Shown: piece after piece, positions 12,198 to 25,354 of the stretch | Position numbering within the stretch: position 1 is the first letter of the stretch | How the letters are laid out: each line of letters begins with the position of its first letter | Assembly: GCA_040954595.2 (NCBI GenBank) | Contig: CM082583.2 | Coordinates: 2,180,925-2,244,924, forward strand | Source: Balanoglossus misakiensis | Taxonomy: Eukaryota > Animalia > Hemichordata | Direction of reading: 5' to 3' | Length of the DNA stretch: 64,000 nucleotides | Program-made: the position numbers and the translations under genes | Notes under the pieces: generated by a model | Database searches by the model: none | Seen by the model: only the letters and a program-made list of their open reading frames with translations | What the model was told of the DNA's origin: nothing

Positions 12198-13665
12198 GTC
12201 AAGTCAAGCGCGCACGTCTCTGGAATTTCAGCTGATTGTCAATATGAATACCCATCGTGTCAGTATCGCCAGAAACAAATGAGGATGCTCTTTCAGCGAA
12301 ATGACCGGCGACTGGTACTGGCCGAGAATATTGGATCAGGGGATGTATTCAGTGTGTGGGGTCTTCCAATAACGCCAGTACACTGTACCGTGACCGCAAG
12401 GTGTTCAACAAAATTTTAAAAAAAATTCCCGCTGTGATGTTAGTTGGACGCAGATATGTTTTACGTAGACTAGACCACTAGTCGCTCGGTGATTTTTAAA
12501 TCTCAATACTTTTTGTGTTTTCGGTGTTTTTTTTGTCTTAATAAATAATTGCAATACTTTTTTGCGTGCATGCTTGCCTTGAGCGTGTTTTTGGTAGTGA
12601 GGTGAGTTTCGAATTTGGGACTGAGCTTGTGGTTTCGGATAGGGTCGCGTTCCCTACACACATTGGCCGAGTTCGATTGTGACCCGAGTAGCTGGCGCCG
12701 ACGTCATCCCATTCTAGTTAGCATGCGCATAACCGTAACCCGCGAGAGTTCAAACGAACGCAACCCATGTACACAAATATGGCGACTGAGTTTGGAGATT
12801 TCTTGTTTTTGCGTACTTTTTTGAGGATTTTGATGAATCTTTAGATTCTGCGGCAGTTTTGCAACTTCGGATAAATACTGCCATCATTGCCTCTCTGAGC
12901 TGTTTATTTTTGCGCCGAAAATACGTTCCGAAGATAAAAAAAATTGCCGAAGATATCGTACCACAGTATTCTTAACAAGATTTTTGCATCCATTTTCGTA
13001 TTTGCAAAGATATCTTCACGTTTGTTCTGGGTCGCATCGCCCACAAACTGGCAATAGAACAATGCGGTGGCCGCCCTCAAGTGTCTCCAGAAAAACAATT
13101 ATTGGTATGGATTTGGTACATGTGTAGAGATTTTACTCTTTTAATATTCGTATTTCACAGGCGTTTGTGTTTTCGGATCACCTTTGCGGTTTCCTGCGCT
13201 TGTTTGACTCGTTAACTGATGATTAACCGGCACACGCCAAAACGATTAGTCTTTGCAGTTTTATGTGGCGTGCGGCCGGCACACGCCAAAAAGATTAGTC
13301 TGTATATATATAGTAGGCTGGTTTTTCTGCATATGTTTAGTCTCTGTTTACCTGCCGATTTTGAATCCGGCCCCTGCCTATATAAGGCCGCATTTTAAAT
13401 TACAAAGGGGGGAAGTAGTTGGAAGTGGGGACAGGCCGTAGCTGGGGTAAGATAAAGGTACAGCTATTGTTTACTTAGAGTTGTTGCGCTTTGAAATAAA
13501 AACGCCGTGTTGGTTTTTACATCGAATCTTCTCATCTCCTGACAACTCATTGTGCGATTCTCATATGAGGGTGTGAGGTCGTTCCCCTTTCTGATTACCC
13601 TATCAGTCTTACCGTATTCCCTAACAACGATAACACGTCGACAACCGGGAAGAATCTCGACAAAT

Positions 13666-13683
13666 TGGTGGCAGCGGTGGGAT
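13666..13683 (+). promoter_or_regulatory. Primer-binding site, tRNA-Leu type
   Basis: TGGTGGCAGCGGTGGGAT, 3 nt after the LTR-terminal CA; complementary to the 3' end of eukaryotic tRNA-Leu. Identical 18-mer at 49583-49600. Confidence 0.85.
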
Positions 13684-13759
13684 AATACGCTAAAGACTGA
13701 AATACGAGAGCGCAAGTAAATTTGACAAAAAACAATAGAAACCTTCACTCCCCTAGAAT

Positions 13760-15549
13760 TATGTCCAGCATCGACAGCCCGTTAGCTACGAACCGAACAA
13801 GTAGTTTAGATGAAACTGATAAAATAATAACGATGAACACACCGAATGAATGGTCGGATGCGTCCGACTCCGAAAAGAATTTAGCCGGAGCAACGCGTAA
13901 AGCTCCTGCCAAAGTATATAGCCCATTCTCCGAGGTTTTATCAAAAACCGTTGGAAAGGTACGGTCAACGCTGTGTTTGGCTCAGCGGAAAAGAGTCAAG
14001 GCAGTCCCGCTGGAAGTCTACAAAATAATCCTACCCCGGGACCCTCGGGTGATTCACGTGATGACGAATCTACTCATCACTCATTGGACGGAACCGCAAA
14101 CGACTTTCAAGGGACTCGACCAAGAAATCCCCAAGTCGCACCGACATTAAACAACGACCTTGCCGCACATACGATTAATTCTCCGCCTATTTCTCTGAGA
14201 CTCGATGACGACACAAACGTTGAGACTATACACCAAGGGCGCTATGAGGAAACCGAAACAAATGCAAATACAACTAGGTCTAAGCATGGCCTAAGCAACG
14301 ACGAGATGGTTTCAGGGGCGAGTCCCGACAAACGCAAAGTAAAACGGAACGAAATTCCGTACGTTTCGGCCAACACGCATCGATTGCTCACGGATCTCCC
14401 ACACGCCCAACGGGGAGATTTACAGTATCCCCGGTAGCGTATGAGCACGACATCGGTCCGCGGGACCAAAGGAGATCGTACTCACCCATTATCCCAACGA
14501 CAAACCAGTTACGACAACTACCGACATTGCGCGATAAGAAACAACGGATATAGTCTCCCACGCTCTACACCTAACCGTACAAACGATCCAAGAGACGATG
14601 ACCTATCTCGTGATTTCCCTTCCAACCCCATGTCACCTCTTGATGACTCTCATCGCCAAGACATGGAGGATGGGTTAGAGGCAAACGGCGGCCCATCACT
14701 TAGCCTCTATCCTCGTAAACCCAACGGTATGCAAAACCGCCGTCGTCCACTAGTCATGCCCGATAGGTTCGACGGAACAACATCGCGGGAAGACTGCAAA
14801 TCTCATTTCCAATATTGCTCTCTGATAAATGGCTGGAATGACGAGTATAAGGCCAATTTTTAGCTGCCCTATTAAGTGGCCGCCCCGCCCAGAAAGTGCT
14901 TAAGAGATTAAAGACATCCGGCGAGCTCACGTTTACACGCCTAGTAAATCAACTCGACAATCAATATGGCACAGCCGGACAAGCCGAAACATTTCTGTTC
15001 CAATTGCAGAGTCGACGCCGACATCGCGACGAATCTCTCGCCGAATTCGGTAATTCCATGTTGGAGCTCAAGGAACAGTCGTATCCCGAACTAGATTCCT
15101 CTGCGGTCGACAGGTTGGCTCGGCAGTACTTCGAAACTGCCATTTCAGATCCGATGTTACGCATGGATCTGCACCGTTCCCAACCGAAATCAATGAATGA
15201 TGCGATCAGAACGGCTATTTCCCTTGAAACATATTTCCTCGCAGAGGACGAAAGGACAAACCGGCGACGCCCTTTGTCCCGACGTGTTGAAGTCGACGAT
15301 GAGGTTACGTACTAGGCCGCCGTGCGACGCATCGATAGCGAACGTAAAAACCAGTTCCGCGACCGTCAAGTCGATTGTAGTGACGAGAAGTTAAGAAGAT
15401 ATCAGAGAGGCGAGTGTTTTCTCTGCGGAGAAAAAGAACACATTAGCCGACACTGTCCCCATCGCAAGGACGGGGGAAACGGCGATCGACCAAACGCCAG
15501 GGGCAGCGCGAGGTCGGACAACGGTACCCTGCCCCGCTTAACAAATTAA
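13760..15549 (+). pseudogene. gag: Gypsy-1 gag (frameshifted, with stops)
   Basis: MPDRFDGTT...HFQYCSLINGW, QLQSRRR...ESLAEFG, CCHC knuckle CFLCGEKEHISRHC, slippery G GGA AAC at 15474-15480. Confidence 0.8.
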
Positions 15550-15659
15550 AGCGTCAACCAACTTTACGTTCAGCAAATCGTTTTAACCGAAACTCCACGT
15601 TTTCACCAAAGTTCCATAAAAACCAAAATGACGGCAACAACTTGCAACACTACAACAGG

Positions 15660-18403
15660 CTACGAGGACAGCGTAAACGCGCTCGCAGGAGCGCGTTGGT
15701 TCAGCACACTCGACCTAACAAGTGGTTTCTGGCAAGTCGTACTCGACGAAAGTGTTAAGAAGAAGACAGCGTTCACCACTTGGAACGGATTGTTTCAGTG
15801 GAAAGTGATGCCGTTCGGCCTTTGCAACGCGCCAGCCACGTTTCAACGACTCACGGAATACGCCTTATCTGGTCTACAATGGGAGATTCTTTTGCTTTAT
15901 TTAGACGATATTATCGTATTTGCCTCGTCCCTGGATCAAATGCTACAGCGACTGGATAGTGTTTTCGTCCGCCTGAGGGAAGCCGGGTTGAAGTTAAAAC
16001 CTAGCAAGTGTTGTTTGTTCCAAAAACAAGTGGAATACCTTGGTCACCGTGTATCTATGAATGGAATCGAAACGAGTCCCGAAAAGATAGAAGCTGTCAA
16101 GTCCTGGCCAACACCGACAGATGTTCATAAAGTCCGGTCATTTTTATGCCTTGCGTCACATTACCGCCGTTTCGTACCTAACTTTTCAATGATCGCGCGG
16201 CCTCTGACAAGGTTGACGGAGAAAGGTCAGCCATTCTTCTGGGATAACGAATGCGACCACGCCTTCAATACTCTCAAAGATCATCTCATCAGCTCGCCCA
16301 TACTAGCCTTCCCGATCCCAGGCACGCCCATCATTCTTGAGACACCGACGCCAGCAAGTTTGGGATCGGAGCTGTCCTATCACAAATAGAGAATGGCGGT
16401 CGAAAGAGTAATTAGCTTCGCTAGTCGCAGTTTATCGAAAGCCGAGTGAAACTATTGCGTGACACGAAAAGAACTTCTCTTGCAGCAGTTCATTTCATGA
16501 AACACTTCCGACCATAGGTGTACGGTCAGCCGTTCACACTTCGAACAGACCACGCTTCTCTCCGGTGGCTGTTAAACTTCAAAGAACCCGAAGGACAGCT
16601 AGCGAGGTGGCTTGAAGTATTAAGCGAATTTGACTTTAAAATAGTACATCGACCTGGCAAGAACACCAAAATGCCGACGCCCTCTCCAGAAAACCGTGTC
16701 GACAGTGCGAGCAAACTCACTTCTGCGACTACGAGAGAAAGACACCTGCCTTAGCGAAAGTTACCGTGTCGTCCCACCGTTCTGCGGCAACTCAAACCGA
16801 CGCCGATGGGGACGCTAGTTCGACGCCGACATCACCAAAGCGGACTGGATTCCCTGAACAAAAACATAATATCGACGATTCAACGACGAAAGCTACAAAT
16901 GCGATTACAGCTAGACGATCCTGACATCGGGCCGATATTACGGCTAAAAGAGAGCAATGATACATGCCCCAATTGGCCAACAGTATCACCTTCTAGTTCA
17001 GCGGCGAAGGCGTACTGGAGCTCGTGGAATCTGATCGAAGTTCACAACGGTGTGCTCTATCGCCGATGGGTGTTCCATAGGGGTGATACGCATCAGTTGT
17101 TACTGATTCTCCCAAGCTCGCTCAAAAATGAAATACTCCAAGAACTTCACTCAGCGAAAACTTCCGCCCATTTTGGTATTTTTAAGACGAAACGAAAAAT
17201 TCTCGAACGATATTATTGGTATGGTGCGACCGCCGACATTAGGGCGATGGTCAGACAATGTGATGGTGTATATGTGCTGCAAGGAAAAGTCTAGGACGGA
17301 AACGACGCGGCCGGTTACAACAGTAATCGTCGGTTCCCCCTTCGACCGTATCACATTCGACATCGTCGGCCCCTACCCTACCACTGAACGCAACAATCGC
17401 TGGATTCTGGTAATTGGTGATTACTTCACGAAATGGGTAGAAGCATACCCTATCCCTAATCAAGAGGCTACCACTGTCGCCGAAAAGTTGGTGAGCGAAT
17501 GTATCACGCGCTTTGGTGTTCCACGTCAACTACATTCGGACCAAGAAGCAAATTTCGAGTCCCTTTGTTATGGCAGAAGTATGCCGACTACTCGGTGTTA
17601 AAAAGACACGCACCACTGCCTACAACCCCAAGAGCGATGGATACGTCGAGCGCTTTATGCGCACGATTTCGCAATCACTTTCGATACTAGTTAACCCTGA
17701 TCAATCAGACTGGGATCTTGTCGTCCCGTATGCGATGATGGCGTACAGGAGTTCCGTCCAAGCGAGTACATCAGAGACGCCGGCGATGATGATGTTCGGT
17801 AGAGAAATCACGCTACCGGTAGATTTGCTCCACGGTCCCGCACCTGAATCCGACCAGCACCAACGCACCGACTACGCCCTATGACTTCGTAAAAAGTTGC
17901 AGTTGGCACACGAGCGTGCTCGTCTATCATTGAAAAAGAGCGCAGTTACACAGAAACGAGAAAATGACAACCGTGCACATGGCACGCCACTTGAGGCCGA
18001 CCAATTCGTTTGGGTTCGCACCGCGTACCGAAGCGTTCAAAAAGGGGACATCGAAGAAATTGACTGCCCTCATCATCGATAAATTATCGGACGTTTTGTT
18101 TAGAATCCAACGTGGTAAGGGTTGCAAACCACATGAACCAAGAGTTGTACACTTTGACCGCCCGAAGCCTTACCTGGGGGATAAGTGCATTGATTGGAGA
18201 GATGCCCTACAGACTAGCGACAACGAGAGGAGGAAAGCCGACAGCGTAAACGAGCGTCTTACTACGCGTAAAGACGAAGGACGAGGACGAGACATCGTGA
18301 TTCACCATTCATCAATTTTTCACCGACGGTCGAACACGGAACGTCGCAGAACCCATCCTCAGCGACAACGTAGACAGCCCAAGCGCTATGGAGAATGGTC
18401 CAT
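15660..18403 (+). pseudogene. pol: Gypsy-1 pol (RT-RNaseH-integrase); protease and RT N-terminus deleted; many frameshifts
   Basis: FSTLDLTSGFWQV, MPFGLCNAPATFQR, YLDDII, TDHASL, LHS...AHFG, GDYFTKWVEAYP, LHSDQ, AYNPKSDG, in the order RT-RH-IN. Confidence 0.9.
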
Positions 18404-18495
18404 CCCTAATACGCGATATTCGAGTTGTATGAAAACGAAAGATTATTGGGGTTAAACGCCGTATGAGGGCGCTGTTGGTAGGACCAGAAATTACA

Positions 18496-18936
18496 ATGGC
18501 GGCGCGAAAAGTTCGTCGCGACGACCTACAGCGGCTGAAGGTCCCCGAACTCATTCAATTTCTAAAAGCCAGGGGTATATCGCGGAAAGGTGCCACGAAA
18601 GCCGTCCTTTTAAAGCTTGCGGCAAATGCCATTGACCTTGATTTAAGGAATATTGAGGAGCCAGACGATGCTGAAGTCGGTCTGAAGAAACGGCGTACGG
18701 TCGAAGTGAATAGCTAAAAAAATAGTGCTCATCGATGTACGGTCAGTAAAAAAATGGAATGATAACTTGACATTCCTTCCGGATGTTGATCTAATCAGAA
18801 TTAGCTCCTATCTCCGAAATATTTGCATGTGGTCTGATGAACGACTGGTGAATTACCGCCAGGATAACGGACACAAATTGTTTGTTGACGGACACGTCTA
18901 TGGCGTCAAGATTCACGCAGTGCCCAAAGCTGATGG
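18496..18936 (+). pseudogene. SAP-like domain plus N-terminus of a SWIM/YqaJ-type transposon accessory protein
   Basis: MAARKVRRDDLQRLKVPELIQFLKARGISRKGATKAVLL (SAP-like), then LPDVDLIRISSYL...LVNYRQDNGHKLFVDGHVYGVK, like the segment preceding SWIM/YqaJ in ISL2EU ORF2. Stop and frameshift near 18717. Confidence 0.55.
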
Positions 18937-20835
18937 TAACAGAAAATACAAGGGAAAAAACAAGGAATGTGTGTCAATAAAAGCTTTCACGTCTCAGGTC
19001 TCTAGTCAGTCTGGTCTTATTTTGAATTTGATACTTTTGAATCAAAACAAGCGCTCTAGCGGAGCACGTACGCGATTGAGCGCTTACACGACGTCAATTA
19101 ATAATATTTAGACGAAGTTCAAACAAAACACCGCTGCTTAGAAAAAAACTAGTGAACACGAAAGTCAAATTGTAGCAAGAGAAATTCCGTTTACATCGTT
19201 AATTGCGGAATCACTGCAGTAATCGACTGCACGTTAAACTTTCAGTACATCGATATTCTTTACCCGCATCAGTGTTTGTAGTCGGCCTTCACCAAGACGA
19301 CTTCGGAACTTTGACTTGATACGGTTTTGGCAGGAAAATCCGCGTTCACACTCAACGCTGGTCAGTGGTACTGCAAGGGCAATCTCAGCGATCGTCGCAA
19401 ATTCTGGAAAGTTTTCATCGTGATTTGTAATCAACTCCTCGCATAATTCCGGGAATTGGAGATTCCGATGTGTGTAGACGAAATATTTGAACTGGAGAAA
19501 AATCAGCACGAAGATTTTCAGCATCGAACAGATCGTTGTCATGTCCGTAATGGTCGATGATCGTCTGGAGAGCTGCTATGCCATGCTGACCGATCTCCCT
19601 TTGAGTGGCAGGCAAACGTTGCGGGTTGAAAACCATGTCAAACGCCGTCAAAATGTCAAGGGTATCGGCCGGAAACCTTGTGTTCATGTTTTCGATCAGT
19701 TTATCGATGAACGCTTGTACGGCATGGTCAAATTGTGTTTGTCGTAATCTACCAGAGTCTCTCATTTCAACATCTCTTAATCTGGCCGCGGCATGTCCGT
19801 CACCTGGCCGTTCGATACGATCTTTGAATTCGGATAAATGAGTAAGTATCATCCCGCATTGCTGTCAAATTGTCGATAGCGGTATTAATTATAACTCGCG
19901 GTACGGACAAATCGAGATTTTGAGTTTGGAAAGTCTTACTGACTCGCGTGATTATGGGGAGTACATCTAATAGTACATTGGTAACGGCGATGAACGAATA
20001 TTCTTTCACTATGTTGAGAATTCTGTGAGCTTTCGCGTTGTTAGTCGCGTCATTTTCTAGCGTGGTACATAGAGCAGGCCATCACTTAGAGGTTATAAAC
20101 GGCTAGCGAGGGTATTTGGTTGCGGATATAAGACCTCTCAGGTGAAAATTAGCATATTTGGCGGGAAATAATCACCTAGCGCAAAGGTCATTTCAGAACA
20201 AACGGAGGGGGGGGGGTATCCGTATGCCAGTTCAGGGGCCTCATCACAAACCCTTTCGGAAGCTGTGTCAGTCCGATTCAAGCTCTCGCAAACGCGCACT
20301 CCACACAATCAGGAACCACAAAGCACTGTTTAGAACTGCAGAACTTCAAGAATTTTATTGAAAACGCTAAACAGGAAAACACAAAACGGTAATGCTCAAA
20401 ACACTTGCACTGTTGTATGCAGTAAAACATGGGACTATGGTGCGTATGAATACGCACAGAGATGACCGCTACATCTGTGGCGCCTAAATTCGTACATATT
20501 CTATTTTGACGAGTAGTAATTGCTTGTGTAAACATACACATTGCCTTGGAAAGTAGTGGAAACGGAGTTTGAGTGAATACTCTCACGTGTGGACATACTT
20601 CTCTGGTCGCATTGTATGGGGTGCCATGTGTTAACTTATTATTTAGCTAAATTATTTGTTCAAAATTCGTTATTTAACATACTTATATGTATGTTATTAT
20701 AGATTTGCAAACCATTTAAGTCCTGACAATTTATTTATAAATAATTTCAAGTCGATTCAATTATATACATAAAATGTATTTTATGCTCTTTTATTTATAT
20801 ATAATAAATTATTTATAAACAATGTCAGTGTCATT

Positions 20836-21150
20836 CTATTATATATATATCATGAGTGATGTACATAATTATTTATATTTAATTACTTGTTTATAAATAA
20901 AAAAAATTTAAGTGTATTATATATATATATCATGAGTGATGTACATAATTATTTATATATAATTAATTATTTATAAATAATAAAAATGTAAGTGTATTAT
21001 ATATATATCATGAGTGATGTACATAATTATTTACATATAATTAATTATTTATAAATAAAATAATTTAAGTGTATTATATATATATCATGAGTGATTTATA
21101 AATAATTTAAGTGCAAGTCTATTATATATATATCATGAGTGATTTACATT
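20836..21150. repeat. AT-rich minisatellite, ~60-65-bp unit, ~5 copies
   Basis: Recurring tattatatatatatcatgagtgat(g/t)tacataattattta...aataa..aatttaagtg. Confidence 0.85.
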
Positions 21151-21734
21151 ATATAATGAATTATATATAAATAAGTGATTTCTAAACCATGAAAAAATGC
21201 ACTCGCGCCGTTTGTCAACTTATTATTTAACGCAAACTCATTATTTAACGCAAACTCATTATTTAAGGCCTGTTCACACAACCCCTTGCATTTGGATCAT
21301 TACGCACACATATAGTCCCCACACGTGAACAAGAAATGCACATTACGTGCGGTTATTTCATTTTTATTATACTCCTTTCAAAGGTTAGATGAAACACCGA
21401 AAAAGGTATCAACTAGTTAGTGATTTTAGCCCGTGATTGCAATGTTTGATTGAAACGCGAAAAGCTGATCGATAGCTCTACATTGTGGTCTCCGAGGTCA
21501 AAGGTTGGCCGGTCATGACAATGCCATTATTAAAATAGGGGCCAGTCTTCAAGACGTGACTCTACCAGCCCCCAGACCAGGAACTGGCGACCCGCCGTTT
21601 GTTTCCAACGCCAAATTTGATTCTAATGTTGAATTTACGAGAAAACAATTTATCTGACCTGTAGTTTTTTGGCTCACTTACGCTTTAATTTGGAAACTTA
21701 CTTAAAAAATCATACGCCACCGTTTTGATGACCT

Positions 21735-21959
21735 ATCGGAGAATGGTATCACCCACACCATGGTGGGCGGAAGTTGGTCCTGGCGCTTTTTTTCCCATGA
21801 TTCAAATTACAGTAAACGCCATATTGGAAATTCTGCCAACTTTCCCTAGATTTTGTAAAAAATCGCGCGACCGATACATGGCGAATATGTTTTTTTTTCT
21901 GAAAGAGTGACATCAAAGCTACCAAATTATGTAGAAATCAGCTACGACGGATTTCCCCT
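21735..21959 (-). mobile_element. Kolobok-like element end truncating the Crypton ORF; second copy at 30603-30830 (+)
   Basis: TTAA (21960-21963) + aggggaaatccgtcgtagctgatttctacataatttgg; ~220 bp shared with 30603-30830. Confidence 0.55.
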
Positions 21960-21963
21960 TTAA

Positions 21964-22557
21964 TTCCGCGGCGAGGGATATCTTTTTCATTACCTCTCCC
22001 AATGAATTGTGACCCAGGGGGCAATTAACGTACCAAATACTGTGATCGTGGGAGAAATTGGAAACGGGGCGCTGAAAAAAGGCACTGCATTTGGGATTTA
22101 ATTTAGATATGTACTTCAAAATAGCCGAAACGGGACACAGAGGAGACCCCGTTCTATACATGCGTTTCTCGGACTCGAATTTATCCTTAAGATCCCCGGG
22201 GTGATTTTTTGTCGCTTCAAAATAGGCCAAAGTTATATACTCCCTCCCTTCGTCATCTTGCTTCAAAACAAAACTTCCCTTGTGTAGATCCCGAAGACCC
22301 TCCCGCCCCCTTCTGCAAAAGAAAAATTCGACATAAAACCAAACTAAACGTTGAAGTGAAACTGGATTTGAATCGGAGAGTGTTCCGCTGGTAAACATCT
22401 TCTTTAGATCCCCCGAACTTATTGGCGTTTTGTGCCGGATCGTATCCTTCCCTTCACGTTTCAGACTCTTTATCTTCCCCACAAACACGTTATTGGCGGT
22501 TTGAAATTCTCTGTCTCGCAAGATGTTAAAGCCCCAGTATTTCTCGTGTGCATCCAT
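21964..22557 (-). pseudogene. Crypton DUF3504 tyrosine recombinase (KIAA1958/ZMYM-related), C-terminal catalytic part lost
   Basis: NPVSLQRLVWFYVEFFFCRRGREGLRDL...EATKNHPG...CPVSAILKYISKLNPKCSAFFQRP...WYVNCPLGHNSLGEVMKKIS; cut at TTAA before the HSLR/Y motifs. Confidence 0.85.
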
Positions 22558-23446
22558 TTTTCATCATCGAAAAAAGCCCGTTTTTCCAGTACATCCATCA
22601 TGGAATACTATATAATGAAGATGTAAGAAAGGTTTGGGCAATTGTAGCTACATGCAAGCCGAAAATATTGCCCGTAACACTTGAAATGATGCGCGGGTTT
22701 GTTTACAACGGAAATGTTGTACATGTCGATCAGCAAACGTGCCACTTTGACATTTGATGGTCAGACCATTTTCGGATTTGATCTGGTTCCATCGACTGAT
22801 TTCTCCCATAAAGTTATCTTCCCAAAATTTCGCCGAATTAGTGCTCATTTCTTCGCTGAGTCGCTTGATTTGGGGAGACCAAACCTCTTCCGCATAGATT
22901 CACATTTGAGTGCGCATGCGCACTAGTCACGTGCGTCAACAGGAGCCTGACTCACGTGACTTTCTGTCCGGACAGAAAGTCATTCTTCACTCGTTATATT
23001 GTAAATTGTATGAGTTTATGAGCAGAGCTGGGGATGATGACTGTTCGATTCAGTATCAATTATCATCTACTTTTAGAAATTATAGATGCCGTTTATTACG
23101 AAGAAGATCGTTACCAAACCAGAGTATGCGTTTTAGATTAGATAGAAACCTAATGTCTTGCTTTTCAATTTTCAAAAGTCGGTCGAACATTCGAGATATT
23201 ATCGATCGAAAAGTGTCACTCGTCCTGGGGACGTGCGTTACCGACGTAAAATGGCGTTTGGGCGATGTCGCAAATTTCTCTCTGAAAGGTATACATAGGA
23301 CATACTGTTTCATGCAAAAAAAATCATAGCAAATATAACAGTGATGCACATGAACAACGTCCACCATGACTGGGAGGAGCTGAGCTGAGCTCACGCATAG
23401 TTTCATACACATGATATAAAACCCGGCGATCGAACACGGCACTTAA

Positions 23447-23631
23447 AGGTATACAGTCACCTCCAATTTACATACGCCAATATATGGTTGAAATGGCGTA
23501 TTTTAGCGTTCTAAAGAACATATGGTGGCGCTCTTTTTTTCGCGTGTGCCACCCACTGAAAATCTGTGATTGGCTAGATCTCAATTTGCCATGGTAACTC
23601 TAGCTAATTTTCCATAGGTGACCGTATACCT
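23447..23631. mobile_element. Kolobok-type MITE, 185 bp
   Basis: TTAA TSD on both sides; TIR aggtatacagtcacct / aggtgaccgtatacct. Confidence 0.8.
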
Positions 23632-25354
23632 TTAAGGTCACCAGATTCGCAATGGTTTTGTATACGGATTTGTTGTATTTTTCACGTTTTCCGTTTTTTA
23701 TTCATGATTAATCCAACACTTTTCAAGACACATTCTAAGCAAAAATGATAATTATTGACTACACTTCGATGGCACTCTGCTCCGTAGAACAAAGTGTCCC
23801 CCTGTCCCCCCTTTTTGGTAACGCACGTCCCCAGACTCCATGTGAGCGATTGCATACCCTTCCTAACATACACTGTATACGAACGCGTCTGTCCTGGCTA
23901 GCAACGGAGTCGCACGATCGTCTGCCGCGCGAGCTGGGCCGGGCGCGTGCGCGCGTGCGGTTGTAGATTGCTCCATCACTTCCGCGGAACGCGGCGCTAG
24001 TGCGTTCGCTCGCATATTTTGCAAGTCCGGCGCTAGTGCGTTCGCTCGCATATTTTGCAAGTCCAGCTGTAGCTAGGCCGTTCGTGAGTGTAGTTCTCGT
24101 TCACATAAAAAAAAACACGAAATAATTTATTGTGTGTTCGTTTATGCCTATGCTAAATTATCCATACACTTTATTGTTCCATGACGCCCGTGACCTGTCA
24201 TGACAGCCGCTCCGTCACTACCGAGTCCGACCAACTTATTCAGTTGAATATTGTTGTCCCGGAAATATTGGCAAACAGCAAGGTAGATCGTTTCAGCTTT
24301 TCCATCAGTGACATTTATGTTCCCAGCGAAACACGTTTGAGCTCTTCTATTTAACACTAACTTCATATACAGATCCAATTTCTAGAAAACAGCGATGTCG
24401 ATACTTTTCGTCTAATTGTAGCCCAACAAATTTACTCTGTCCGATTTCAGTGCTGATTTCAGCTTTGATGACCTTGTCAATGGAATCTTGCATCTCAGAA
24501 ACGATTTCGTGGTGACTGTAAAGATTAGCGCCAACTATAGCAGGGCAGTCATTTAGTCGTTGTAAGTTCAATAAACTTGAAAATAAATGGGACGGAAGCT
24601 CTTCCTTCATAAGCCAGTACGCCGTACGAAGTTGTGCTGTCACGGTATCGTCGCTAGATTTGCTTGCATTCTTTGCCGCCACTACAAAATTCTGTTTCAG
24701 CGTGAGCTCTTTTTGTGACTCAATATGATCTAAAACGAGAGCAGACCTTTGATAATTTGTACATCCTTATGTAAATCTGTTTTTTTTTTCTTTGTGCGAC
24801 GGCATACGTTACATATCATCTTTGGAGTAGCTGTTGACGGGTCGTCAACTGTCAACCATTGGAACTGATTCTCCCATTCCCGCTGGTACCGCTTAGCACG
24901 CGAATTACGCCGATTTTGACCCGTCTCACCTGCATCGCTTGAGCCGCTATCACTCTGAGACTGCTGGTTCTGCTCAGGTTCGCGTGTTGGTGATCCTGTT
25001 TTGCGTCGTTTAGAAACGTTAACGTCAAACAGAGAAAGCTGTCTTCCGGCCATGATTTATGACGAACGAACGATTTGCCGTTATTTTTATTGCGTCCAAA
25101 TTTTACTTTTTATTTCAAATTTAGTACCGTTAGGCGTCATTTGCATATCAATCGCGTTGCTAACGTCGTGCAAGCGTTCATGAGTACGCAGAGTGGACAA
25201 ACTTTGTAACACTTTAGGTTTTTGACACGCGCATGACCTGATGCGCTGGCAACATTGTTTGTTTTACCTCAGAATTCAAGACGCGCAGCGCAAGCGGAGT
25301 CATAATACTGATATAGTTGCCTAGCTACTGCAGATCAAATAGCCACTTTTAGCC

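Larger units (their letters stand above)
19234..25053 (-). pseudogene. hAT transposase (ZNF862-like), split by a ~4-kb insertion cluster (20085-24180)
   Basis: RYQREWENQFQWL...MICNVC (TTF-type Zn finger), KFVGLQLDE, LVGLGSDGAAVMTG, LLDVLPIITRVSKTFQ and hATC dimerisation PLTSVECERGFSCQNRIKSKFRSRL. Probable element 5' end cattgggttcgcgttagccggctaaaag near 27700. Confidence 0.85.

Noticed and set aside
12400-13200. Exact 5' start of the Gypsy-1 LTR
   Set aside because: There is no second LTR in the window to compare, and several TG starts are possible.
13666-13683. tRNA gene (also 49583-49600)
   Set aside because: Only the 18-nt complement of a tRNA 3' end, i.e. a PBS; no cloverleaf.
22911-22922. 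NRF1-like TGCGCATGCGCA site upstream of the Crypton ORF
   Set aside because: A single short motif in a decayed TE; not enough to call a promoter.
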